From the NCBI GenBank assembly GCA_034669905.1, contig JAXMOL010000008.1:64001-128000 (forward strand): a stretch of 64,000 bases of DNA, in the 5' to 3' direction. Of the stretch, positions 9,029 through 17,874 are shown piece by piece. The first letter of the stretch is position 1; every line of letters starts with the position of its first letter. A program made the position numbers and the translations under genes. This DNA comes from Candidatus Hydrogenedentota bacterium (GTDB taxonomy: Bacteria > Hydrogenedentota > Hydrogenedentia > Hydrogenedentales > JAEUWI01). Below the pieces are notes generated by a model that was not told the DNA's origin, ran no database searches, and saw only the letters and a program-made list of their open reading frames with translations.

Positions 9029-10768
9029 ATGGATGATATAAAACCCCGTAGTAATCAAGGTATGGCCTTATTGATGGCCCTCTTCTTCATCGGCATTGCG
9101 GTGTTGATCGTGGGCGCACTCATGACGCGTATCATGCAGCAGCGGAAATCCGTGGCGCGCTATGAGGATTACAACAATTCGTTTCTTGGCCTGGAGGCCG
9201 CGATCAGCAAGAGTAAGGTGGAGCTGGAAAACGGCGGAGACGGCATCATCGGCATGGAAAACTGGGAGCCCAAATGGAGCGAGGACAACAAGCTGCTCCT
9301 CCCCGAATTTGGCGACGCCGGTGTGGAGCCCCAGACCCTTCAATCGATGGACGATGTACAGTATGCCTCGTATACCATCGCGTGGGCCGATGACGGGCAG
9401 GATAATAACGGGGATGGGCTTATCGACGACATTCATGAAGAGTGGATGTTTACCGTGTATGGGATGGCCAAGCGCGGGGCGGTCACCCGGAAAGTGGAGG
9501 TGGTGTATAAGGGCGACAACGTCAACGTATGGCAGAACGCGGTGTTCGCCGGCCCCGGCCTCCTGGGTGGCCTGATCAGTGGCAGCGTGAATGCACGGGG
9601 TTCGGTCCATATGCTGGGCGACAGTCTTTTGGAGGGGGTGGTTGGCCTTGCGACGCTGGGCCTGACGGGTACGACAACCGTTCGGAACAATTACAACGGC
9701 ATCCCGGATACGCTGCGCGACCGGATACCCGATCCGCCTCAGACGGTGTTTGAGGGTGAGACGGTGGAGACCCTGGGCGCCAAGCTGCGTGCCAAGAATG
9801 GTATCCTGAGCCTTACGGGTGCCTCTACCCTCGGTGATCCCCAGACGGTGGGGAACCTGGTAAAAGAAACCCTGGACGCCGTCTATGTGACAGGCGGCTG
9901 GGTCGGCGACGCGGTCACCCCCGACGGGGACCGGGGCGATCCCAACAGTGTCTACAGCGACAATGGGTGGGATGAACTGTATGACCTGGGCGACAAGGTC
10001 GTCTTCCCCACCCTCGGCGATTTCTGGCAGGATGCCCAGGGGGGCGCGCAGGCCACCAACCCGGACACGGGCGAGGCCTACAAGCACGAAGAGTATTTCA
10101 GCGAAGTCCTGGTGGGCGACAAGGATGACCCGAGTGACGGGATGTATACCGGAGACATGGTCATCGACACCCGGGCGGATCATTTCTACTGGAATGCAAG
10201 CACGGGCCAGCAGATGTCGGGCTCCCTCCCGGGCACCTCACCGCCGAAGACGGAAGACTACATCCTCTTTAATGAAGACACGGATGTGATGGAGATCAAT
10301 GGTCAGATCGTCGTGGATGGGGACCTGAAGTTTAAGGGCAAGGGATCGCAGAAGACGATTTTCTACACGGGCAAGGGCGCCATCCTGGTGAACGGCGATG
10401 TGCAGATCGACTCCAATCTGCTGACTGTCAATGACGGCGATGCCTCCGACACGAGCGAGAGTTTTCCGGTGGACAACGCGCTGGGCATCATGTCGAAGAA
10501 CAAGATCCTCATCGGCTCCAGCCTCCTCGACCTGCTCTTCTCCCGGGACCTGGATATCATGGGGGCCTTCTACGCCGAGAAACAGATTACGTCCCTGAAG
10601 AAAGCCAATGTGGCGGGCAGCATGGTCGCCAGCTATTTCGATTTGAGCCTCAAACCCCCTGCGGTGTATCAGGTGCCAAGCCTGGGTCGCAATCTACCGG
10701 AAGGCATGGTGGGTGACTATCCCATTATGGCCATTGTACAGCTATCTTGGAGAGAACTGGGCCTATAA
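9029..10768 (+). CDS. Large PilX/GspK-like tip pilin (cassette 2), paralog of 5445-7163
   Basis: SNQG|MALLMALFF with no Glu+5; collinear with copy 1 through to the C-terminal WRELGL. Confidence 0.75.
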   Translation: MDDIKPRSNQGMALLMALFFIGIAVLIVGALMTRIMQQRKSVARYEDYNNSFLGLEAAISKSKVELENGGDGIIGMENWEPKWSEDNKLLLPEFGDAGVEPQTLQSMDDVQYASYTIAWADDGQDNNGDGLIDDIHEEWMFTVYGMAKRGAVTRKVEVVYKGDNVNVWQNAVFAGPGLLGGLISGSVNARGSVHMLGDSLLEGVVGLATLGLTGTTTVRNNYNGIPDTLRDRIPDPPQTVFEGETVETLGAKLRAKNGILSLTGASTLGDPQTVGNLVKETLDAVYVTGGWVGDAVTPDGDRGDPNSVYSDNGWDELYDLGDKVVFPTLGDFWQDAQGGAQATNPDTGEAYKHEEYFSEVLVGDKDDPSDGMYTGDMVIDTRADHFYWNASTGQQMSGSLPGTSPPKTEDYILFNEDTDVMEINGQIVVDGDLKFKGKGSQKTIFYTGKGAILVNGDVQIDSNLLTVNDGDASDTSESFPVDNALGIMSKNKILIGSSLLDLLFSRDLDIMGAFYAEKQITSLKKANVAGSMVASYFDLSLKPPAVYQVPSLGRNLPEGMVGDYPIMAIVQLSWRELGL

Positions 10769-11352
10769 GCGTAGCCGATGCTGTTCGCTGGCTGAGAGGG
10801 TATGGGATCATCGTGCTGTTGGTTGTCGCCATTGTGGCGGCCATCAGTTGGAATCCCCGGGGAGCCGAATCATCCGCAGAAACTGTTGTATCGCCTGCAC
10901 CCACTGTTGCGGCCGCCGCGCCATTGACGGAACGCACAGAAGACGCAGAACAGGCCGCCTTGACGCGAGACCTGGAGGCCACCCTTGCACGCCAACGGGC
11001 CCACCGCGCGCGGCGCGCCGCGGAAAAGTCCACGATTGAAACCCACCTCGAAATCCTGGACACCCTCGGGGAAGAGGAAGACGGGGATGAATACGCCTCG
11101 CGCCTCTATGCCCTGGGCAACCTCTACCAGCAGAAGAATCTGGATTTTGCCACGGCGGCGGGCTACTACGAGTTGCTCATTGACCGCCACCCCGAGTGGC
11201 CCGGCATTCGCGGGGCCTACCACCAGCTCATCTCCTGCTATGTGCAGACCGACAACCAGACCGCCCTGCGGCTTCTCTATCGCAAGATGATCGAAGTCTT
11301 CCCCGAAGACAGCGAGGAAGCGCTGTATGCGGAGGCCGCGCTGCAACGCTGA
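10747..11352 (+). CDS. Membrane-anchored TPR protein (cassette 2); start uncertain (TTG 10747 or ATA 10765)
   Basis: TM segment then ALGNL.QQK..D.ATAA.Y, WPGI...YHQLI.CY.Q, LYRKM shared with 7160-7726. Confidence 0.72.
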   Translation: MERTGPISVADAVRWLRGYGIIVLLVVAIVAAISWNPRGAESSAETVVSPAPTVAAAAPLTERTEDAEQAALTRDLEATLARQRAHRARRAAEKSTIETHLEILDTLGEEEDGDEYASRLYALGNLYQQKNLDFATAAGYYELLIDRHPEWPGIRGAYHQLISCYVQTDNQTALRLLYRKMIEVFPEDSEEALYAEAALQR

Positions 11353-11449
11353 GACTTGGGTCGCAGGCGAACAGTCTCATCCGACCGACCACCTGCGGCA
11401 GAACCTCCCTGCCACACCCGTGCCGGCGGGCCGTCGGCGCGCTATAATG

Positions 11450-11489
11450 AACACCCCGGGCGGGGCTTGTGGCCCATGCCCGGGGTGTT
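11450..11489. terminator. Strong hairpin between convergent genes
   Basis: AACACCCCGGGC...GCCCGGGGTGTT 12-bp stem with an inner stem; no clear U tract. Confidence 0.55.
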
Positions 11490-11519
11490 ATATCCGTAAT
11501 AGTTAGCGCAAGGGGAATA

Positions 11520-13238
11520 TCAGGCGCTCTTTTTCAGGTGCTTCTTGTGGGCGTCGCGCAGGTTTTCGGCGAGGTCCACGGTCTGCTGGATTTGTTCGCG
11601 TGTCAGGTCAACGGCATTGATGATGTCGGCCGCGGTCTTGGCACATTTGTAGGGGTCTGGTGCATTGACGTTGCCCGCGAGGGTGAAGGCCACGCTTGCG
11701 GTGACTTCGAAAATGGCACTGCCCACTTCCGACCAAACCGGGTTCTTCACGCTGATCGCCTTGAGCTCGTTTTCCAGCTTGCTGCTGTTGGTACGGTTCT
11801 TTTTGACGCGGGCGTTGAGCTTGATCATCTCCTTGATGATCTTGTCGACCCGTTTGGTAACCTTGTCGATATTGCCCAGGATTTTCGTCAGGAGTTTGAA
11901 CTCGGTGTCGGAGAGGGAATCGCGGCCGAGTTTTTGAATCTCCTTAAAAGCCTTGTCGGCCTCGCGCTGCTTGGCCAGCCAGTCCGAGAGATTGTCACCC
12001 AGTTTGTCAGCTTTTACTTCCAGGTTGTCAATCTTCTCATCGTAGGTGCCCACATCATCTTTCACGCTCTTGAGCGTGGTAATCATGGTCGGGGCGAGGG
12101 CGTTGACACCGCGCTTGGTCAACTCGGCCATACCCACTTTGTTGGAAACGCCACCGGCCTTTTTCACCTCGGGGTCCTGAAGCCATTTGTTGTATTGCTT
12201 CTTCAGGGTGTTGAGGTCTTTGGCAATGCCATTGGCCATCATTTCCGCGGTGCTGGCGATATCGGCCAGCTGACGTCCGATTTCCACGCTGGCCTTTGCC
12301 AGGCCCAGGCAACCGGCGACGGTGGAGACGCCCAGGGTGAAGGGCGTCATGGCCAGGCCAGCGACCGACGCGGCTGCGCCGCCAATGGCCAGGACCAGTT
12401 TACCCGCACGTTTTACGTTGGCCCAGGCCGCCTTCTTTTTGAGTTTACCGAGCCGCGCGGCTTCTTCGGTGGCGCGATCGATACAATCATTGATGGCGTC
12501 CTCAATGGCCCCATCCATTTTCTTCTGCTCTGCCGCGAGTTTGCTGCCATTGCCCACGTTTTTGTCGGCCGTTTTCAACGCTGCGGCAATGTCGCTGACC
12601 AGTTTCCCGAAGTCACCGGCATCTTTTATTTTCTGCGACTGATTGACGTATTCCTTCTTTTCGGAAAACTGCTTGAGCACTTCTTTGCTGTCAATAATAA
12701 CCGCAAGAGAGAGCTTTCCTTCCGCCTCAATATTCTTGAGGCTGCCCGCTTTGGCTACGGCGAGGCGGACCACATCGGGGTGCTTGAAGACGACGATGGG
12801 GGGCGGAATCTTTTCTTTGGATTCTTTGATGGCGAGACCCATGTCTGAGCCGATGAGGGCTTCCGCCTTTTGCGCACGCGCCTTTTGCTCTTTGCCCACG
12901 TTGGCCAGGGCCTTCTGGAGCGGCTCGTAGATCGACTTGTCCAGCCCCGAGTCTTTTGCCGCCTGCATGTAGGCTTTCAGGGTGGGGTTGATGGTACCCG
13001 TGCGGAGTTTCTCCATCTTGGGATAATCGGGATAGAGTTTTACCCACTTGTCCAGATTGGGACCGAGGTCGCTGCTGAAGCCCTTCTTGGCCAGGGTTTC
13101 ATAAGCCTTCTGCTGCGACTTCTTCTTGTCGTTGTTTTTCTTGTCGAGGTCGGCCGAGGCCTTCTTCGCCTTTTTTTTCGCGTTGGACCAACTATCCCGC
13201 AGTGACGGGGAAGCTAGTTCGTTGGGGGTCTTTGCCAT
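11520..13238 (-). CDS. Hypothetical Lys-rich coiled-coil protein with central hydrophobic hairpin (possible alpha-pore-former)
   Basis: 572 aa with SD GAGGAG upstream; no signal peptide; segment LVLAIGGAAASVAGLAMTPFTLGVSTVAGCLGLA flanked by heptad-like helices. Confidence 0.7.
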   Translation of the reverse strand: MAKTPNELASPSLRDSWSNAKKKAKKASADLDKKNNDKKKSQQKAYETLAKKGFSSDLGPNLDKWVKLYPDYPKMEKLRTGTINPTLKAYMQAAKDSGLDKSIYEPLQKALANVGKEQKARAQKAEALIGSDMGLAIKESKEKIPPPIVVFKHPDVVRLAVAKAGSLKNIEAEGKLSLAVIIDSKEVLKQFSEKKEYVNQSQKIKDAGDFGKLVSDIAAALKTADKNVGNGSKLAAEQKKMDGAIEDAINDCIDRATEEAARLGKLKKKAAWANVKRAGKLVLAIGGAAASVAGLAMTPFTLGVSTVAGCLGLAKASVEIGRQLADIASTAEMMANGIAKDLNTLKKQYNKWLQDPEVKKAGGVSNKVGMAELTKRGVNALAPTMITTLKSVKDDVGTYDEKIDNLEVKADKLGDNLSDWLAKQREADKAFKEIQKLGRDSLSDTEFKLLTKILGNIDKVTKRVDKIIKEMIKLNARVKKNRTNSSKLENELKAISVKNPVWSEVGSAIFEVTASVAFTLAGNVNAPDPYKCAKTAADIINAVDLTREQIQQTVDLAENLRDAHKKHLKKSA

Positions 13239-13551
13239 AAATTACATTCTCCTCGTTGGGCCCGCCAGGCCTTTGTCCCTGCTCAGGTGAATGACCGACT
13301 GCTTTCTCGCCATTCGGGTTGCGAAAAAATAATAACACGTTGGTTGTAGAATAAACAGACGTAAATGGCATTGAACTCCCGCGCATGCCAGGGAGCAGCC
13401 AGGGTCTCCCGTTGGGACTATAACCCCCTTAGGCAGGTGCCCTTCCGACCGCTCCACGGGACCTTCCCGCAAGGCGCGTTTATGGAGAGGTAGTCGCAGG
13501 TGACAACTTTCCGTCGGTGGTGCCGATAAGAGTTGTTCTCTCGTGACCAGC

Positions 13552-13573
13552 CTTGACGGGAATTCCCGTCAAG
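13552..13573. promoter_or_regulatory. Perfect 22-bp palindrome, candidate transcription-factor or enhancer site
   Basis: CTTGACGGGAATTCCCGTCAAG in a divergent intergenic region. Confidence 0.55.
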
Positions 13574-13644
13574 AGTATTTTGCGGCCACCCACACAGTTG
13601 GGCATAACCGGTCATAAAACCCTATTTTTTCGAGGTTTATAATC

Positions 13645-13661
13645 TTGGCCCGCTTTTTGCG
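13645..13661 (+). promoter_or_regulatory. Sigma54 promoter for PEP-CTERM gene
   Basis: TTGGCCCGCTTTTTGCG matches TGGCAC-N5-TTGC with correct GG-N10-GC spacing. Confidence 0.75.
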
Positions 13662-13712
13662 TTACCTAGAGTGCCGCTTGGGAAAAGGGGCGGCACTGGG
13701 AAGGTAAGAGTC

Positions 13713-14504
13713 ATGGTCAAGAATGGAATAACCCTGGCGGTTATCCTCGTGTTGGGAAGCACGGTGGGTAATCCTGCGGCCTACGCCGTAACAATTTTGG
13801 GTGGGAGCAATTATCTCACCACCGTCGATGATACGTTTGTGGATTTTTCGCTTCTGGGAAGTCCTCTCGGATTGGGATTGGTCGCCTTTGAAGGCCAACC
13901 CACCGGTCCGGGTGACACGGATTCGATCATCCGACGCACGGAGGATGGTCAACTTCCCGGCGCGGGGGATATGGACACGGTGGACATCGAATTGGTCGGT
14001 CTGTCGCTGGTCAGCGTCGCCCCGGTCATCGTTGGCGGAAGCACCTTCGATATCAATATTACACTGGATGGTACCGCGCCCTCCTTGGGGCAAATGGACA
14101 TCACCCTGGATGATGCGCTTACGCCGGCTGGCACCTTTACATCCTTCTTCGATATCTTCTTCGAAATCACGCTCGTGGACGCAACAACCCATAGCGTGCT
14201 CCAGACCGTCAATGGCCTCTCTCCGCTTCGGGTGGAGTCTACGGGCAACTGGACGAGTGTCGCCCCGACCGGCTATGTGGCGGTGACGGGTGCGCCGGGT
14301 GATACGATGGCGAACACCCATGACCCCCTGGCACCGGGTTACTTTGATTTTTACGTGGATGGGCTGATCTTCACCGCCCCCCCCGACAATAGCGCGCAAC
14401 ACGCTGCGCGCACTTCGGTCATACCCGAGCCGGGTACGGCCACGCTTTTATGCCTGGGCGCATTGGGTATGGGCATATACAGACGGTGTCGTCAGGGGTA
14501 CTAG
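13713..14504 (+). CDS. PEP-CTERM exosortase-sorted surface protein
   Basis: Signal peptide from ATG 13713; C-terminus VIPEPGTATLLCLGALGMGIYRRCR. Confidence 0.9.
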   Translation: MVKNGITLAVILVLGSTVGNPAAYAVTILGGSNYLTTVDDTFVDFSLLGSPLGLGLVAFEGQPTGPGDTDSIIRRTEDGQLPGAGDMDTVDIELVGLSLVSVAPVIVGGSTFDINITLDGTAPSLGQMDITLDDALTPAGTFTSFFDIFFEITLVDATTHSVLQTVNGLSPLRVESTGNWTSVAPTGYVAVTGAPGDTMANTHDPLAPGYFDFYVDGLIFTAPPDNSAQHAARTSVIPEPGTATLLCLGALGMGIYRRCRQGY

Positions 14505-14578
14505 GAAGCCGCTTACCCGCGTGGAACGTCGCCTTCGGGTGATGGCCCCGCCACGGTAGACTGGCGACACTACGGGGT

Positions 14579-14612
14579 GATGCCCGCATGGTTTCAACAC
14601 CGTGCGGGCATC
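14579..14612. terminator. Hairpin/terminator between convergent genes
   Basis: GATGCCCGCATGGT-ttcaac-ACCGTGCGGGCATC. Confidence 0.6.
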
Positions 14613-14644
14613 TTCGTGTTTCAGGATGATTGATCCGGGATGCG

Positions 14645-15517
14645 TTACTTCAACATCGCCACCATGGCGTCGGCGAAGGCCGTGCCCAGTTTAATCTGGC
14701 CAGCGGCGTTGTAGTGGACCGTATCGTCGGCGAGGTCCATGCCTTCGGTGGGGACCATGCGGGCCCATTCGTAGGCGTCTGGATGGCCGGAATCCCGATC
14801 GAGATTGGCCTGAGACTGGCGGAGTTCGACCGGGTGGGTAAAGCGTTTCGCTCGGGGCGCGTAGGGCAGGGTTTGTCCGTAGACGAGGGGACAGGGCGCG
14901 GCACCGATGTCTTCCAGGAGGCGCTGGTGCCATTGACGGAGGCATTGGGCGTATTCGGTGGCCGATACCTCATGCTTAGCGTCGGCTTCCCCCTGCATCC
15001 AAAGTACACCACGAACGCGGTAGGCGATGCCTTCGGCTTCCAACCTGGCCAGGGCGGGACGCACCTGTTTCAGGAGCTTCTGGTAGAGGGTACCCACATT
15101 GGGATCGTCGGGCCCTTCGCCGGGGTAAAAGGTTTCTCGGTTGGGTGCGGGCGGACTCCCCAGCCACTTACCATGGTGCCAGCCGTGGTGAAGGGGGCGG
15201 CCGCCGAGGGCGTACTTGATGAGGTAGATGGGGTGCTCGGGCGTTGCGCCGGGGTAGTGGCGGGCAAAGGCGAGCTCGGGTCCGAAGCGCTCCACGGTCT
15301 GGCTGGTCTTCGTCTTTCCGGGCACCAGGGTCTCGAAGTCCGTGCCATTCCAGAAGCGGGCCTGGGGAATGGGTGCGCGCTCGGATTCGGGCAGTTGGGC
15401 TACCTTGGGGGAACCCACCATGTTGGATTGGCCGGAAAGGATGAAGACCTCCACGGGCTCGGCCATGGTGGATGCCATGGCCAGGAGGCCGAGTATCATG
15501 ACGGGTATGCGGAACAT
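14645..15517 (-). CDS. Sialate O-acetylesterase / carbohydrate esterase (SASA, SGNH fold), secreted
   Basis: FILSGQSNM, WMQGEAD, DTVHY motifs; signal peptide. Confidence 0.85.
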   Translation of the reverse strand: MFRIPVMILGLLAMASTMAEPVEVFILSGQSNMVGSPKVAQLPESERAPIPQARFWNGTDFETLVPGKTKTSQTVERFGPELAFARHYPGATPEHPIYLIKYALGGRPLHHGWHHGKWLGSPPAPNRETFYPGEGPDDPNVGTLYQKLLKQVRPALARLEAEGIAYRVRGVLWMQGEADAKHEVSATEYAQCLRQWHQRLLEDIGAAPCPLVYGQTLPYAPRAKRFTHPVELRQSQANLDRDSGHPDAYEWARMVPTEGMDLADDTVHYNAAGQIKLGTAFADAMVAMLK

Positions 15518-15662
15518 TAGATGGTGTCTCCCCGGGGTTGTTGTCGGCTACACGGCGAAGGCCGCAGAGCAACAGTATACGTAGCCAGGGGGAACTATTT
15601 CAGGTCCGTGGTACAGGCTGTATTGCCGAGAAAAAACAGCGAGCAAAGCCGCGAAGAACAAC

Positions 15663-15842
15663 GGGGGTTGACCATTCCTGGTCGACACAAAAGGCACGGC
15701 TAGTTTCACGCACCCTCCGCCCATGGCAAGCGGGCTGGAAATCCAAGAGATTGGAGTTCAGCACTTCACATCACGTGAACGACATCACGTGCCGCTCGAA
15801 ACCTGGCGTGGGCCCTATGTCGACCAGGAATGGTCAACCCCC
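15663..15842. repeat. Inverted REP-like doublet
   Basis: GGGGGTTGACCATTCCTGGTCGACA (15663-15687) and its exact reverse complement (15818-15842); each arm is itself a hairpin. Confidence 0.85.
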
Positions 15843-15849
15843 TGTTGGA

Positions 15850-15885
15850 CACGGGCAAACCCTGGCGGGCCTGCCCGTGGCACCC
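15850..15885. repeat. REP-like hairpin, GTGCC-foot family
   Basis: CACGGGCAAACCCTGGCGGGCCTGCCCGTGGCACCC; copies at 16852, 17961 and 47257. Confidence 0.85.
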
Positions 15886-15922
15886 AAACGTGCTCGGTGG
15901 GAAGTGTGGCTTTCCCCCTTTT

Positions 15923-16675
15923 TTAACAACCTTCTTGTGCTCCCCACTCGGCAACGCGTCCCACCAGCTCCCCCGCTCCAGCTTTCGAAGAGAGATAAAG
16001 TACGAGATGCAATTTAAATTCGCTGGGGCGCTCATCCACGATAAGATCAGGCAATCCATCGCGGTCCAAGTCCCCTACCCATAATATCTGGGGAAAACTG
16101 TCGACTCCCAGTTCTGTAATGGAAAGCAGTGTCTGCCGGCGACTCCCTACGTTAGATTTACGTTCCAGCACCCACCCGTAGTTTCGAGATCTAATCTTGG
16201 CCTTGTCCGCAGGCTCCTCGGTAGTGCCAACGGCGCGCACACTATAGTGCACCTCGAAATCTTGGTGCTCGTCGGTAAACGCTATCCCCTCTCCCGGATT
16301 CAAGAATTCCCCCCTGCCATAGTTCCAGTACAACGCCTTCACTGGCCCGGCCCGAAGCCCCTCAATGCCCCGCAAGATTACCTCGGGCTGCCTAAGTCTT
16401 GGTGAGATCGCAATTTCAACATCACTCGGTGCTTCGGTACGCCTTTGATCCCTACTATAAACAGCCGCCATGGTGATTGATATGGGCTCCATTTTAAACT
16501 GAACGAATGTCCCTTCTCGATAGAGCCCCCACCACCCATCTCCAGACTTTACTTCATCGGCGTTATGAAATTGGCCTGGAATGGCGATTTCAATCGCTTC
16601 ACCTGCTACGGCTACATTGGTGGTGTTAAGCAGGATGGAGAGCAGAATGGCTGCCGCAATGATAGGGTATTTCAT
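15923..16675 (-). CDS. Secreted hypothetical protein with FG-GAP-like motif (paralog A)
   Basis: Start ATG 16675 (MKYPIIAAAILL signal); ILWVGDLDRDGLPDLIVD; homologous to 17033-17770. Confidence 0.7.
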   Translation of the reverse strand: MKYPIIAAAILLSILLNTTNVAVAGEAIEIAIPGQFHNADEVKSGDGWWGLYREGTFVQFKMEPISITMAAVYSRDQRRTEAPSDVEIAISPRLRQPEVILRGIEGLRAGPVKALYWNYGRGEFLNPGEGIAFTDEHQDFEVHYSVRAVGTTEEPADKAKIRSRNYGWVLERKSNVGSRRQTLLSITELGVDSFPQILWVGDLDRDGLPDLIVDERPSEFKLHLVLYLSSKAGAGELVGRVAEWGAQEGC

Positions 16676-16765
16676 GACTTTCCTTTCCCGGGTAGTGTCG
16701 AGGTCGAAAGCGGAATACGATTGACGGCACATCGGGGTAAGAACCACACCCGCAACGCGACCCAC

Positions 16766-16887
16766 GCTCCACGCGCACGAACTTCACCCAACTCGTTTAG
16801 ACTCGCAGGGAGAAGATCGCGCGGCACGGGGCCGTTGTTTGACGACGAGCTCACGGGCAAACCTTGGCGGGCCTGCCCGTGGCACCC
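16766..16887. repeat. 122-bp composite hairpin repeat, copy 1
   Basis: Matches 17875-17996 with 3 mismatches; two GTGCC-foot hairpins in tandem. Confidence 0.9.
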
Positions 16888-17032
16888 CATAGTGATCTTT
16901 TTTCACCTGAGAAACCAGCGCTTGGACACCATCTTTTTTCGTGTCCATTCGTGTCCATTCGTGGTTGCCTTATCTTCCCGGACGCCGACTCTGAGTCACC
17001 TGTTGACGTCTAGAAGGACATGAGAGAAATCG

Positions 17033-17770
17033 TTAGCACGGTCCGAGGGACACCCACTCCGCCACAAGTCCTACCAATTCTCCGTCGGACGCTGCGGACG
17101 AGAGAAACAGGGCAATGTCGGCTTGTGACTCGCCCTTTGTCCGGTCCAGGATAATGTCAGGCTTGCCATCGCGGTCCAAGTCACCTGCCCAAAGGATTTC
17201 TGGCTTCTCAAAAATATTGAGCTCGGCAACGGATACCAGTGTCTGACGCCGCGTGCTTTTCAGGGCGTTCTCAACGAGTATGCGCGCGTAGTTGTGAAAG
17301 CCGATTGTCGGACTCCCTTCAGGGATGATGGCCGTGCCCACTGCACGCACTTCAAAACGGGGCGCTTGTTTCCCTCTGTCGAGGGTTAAAGTCGTTGTTT
17401 CCCCGGGATAGAGGAAACGCCAGCTTCCCTCCGCCAGATGGGGAGATAGTAGTGGTCCCGCTCTAAAATAGTCTGCGCCTCGGACAATGGCGATAAAGTC
17501 ACGGTCATCAGGGACGGCAATCGAAAGCCCACTTGGCCCGTCGTCTGGCGACTGATAGATTGCCGGAATTGCCTTCACGGTAGTCGCGGTAGCCTCCAGT
17601 CTGAAGGCGAGACCATGACGTGCTATCCCCCACCAACCGTCTCCCGACGCGACCTCGTCGGCTTTGGAGTATTGACCTGGGATGGCCACCTGAATGGACT
17701 CTTCCGCCGGAGTCCCGTTCGTGGCGTTGAGCCAGCTGGAGAGCAACACAATGGTAGCTACTACGTTCAT
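17033..17770 (-). CDS. Secreted hypothetical protein with FG-GAP-like motif (paralog B)
   Basis: Shares AIPGQ, ADEV.SGDGWWG, RRQTL.S, ILW.GDLDRDG.PD, LSS.A..GELVG.VAEW and the terminal Cys with paralog A. Confidence 0.7.
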   Translation of the reverse strand: MNVVATIVLLSSWLNATNGTPAEESIQVAIPGQYSKADEVASGDGWWGIARHGLAFRLEATATTVKAIPAIYQSPDDGPSGLSIAVPDDRDFIAIVRGADYFRAGPLLSPHLAEGSWRFLYPGETTTLTLDRGKQAPRFEVRAVGTAIIPEGSPTIGFHNYARILVENALKSTRRQTLVSVAELNIFEKPEILWAGDLDRDGKPDIILDRTKGESQADIALFLSSAASDGELVGLVAEWVSLGPC

Positions 17771-17874
17771 GACCGTCTTGGCCCCCTCTCGGTAGCTAAT
17801 TCATAATCTCGAAAAACGTCTTGTGCTTCTACGATACCATTGGCACCACCCATGGGCAAGGGTGGTCTTCCGTT

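Noticed and set aside
13400..13470. Possible c-di-GMP-II riboswitch upstream of the coiled-coil gene (minus strand GGAA...GGGCAC)
   Set aside because: The GTGC pseudoknot partner is missing; an Rfam scan would be needed
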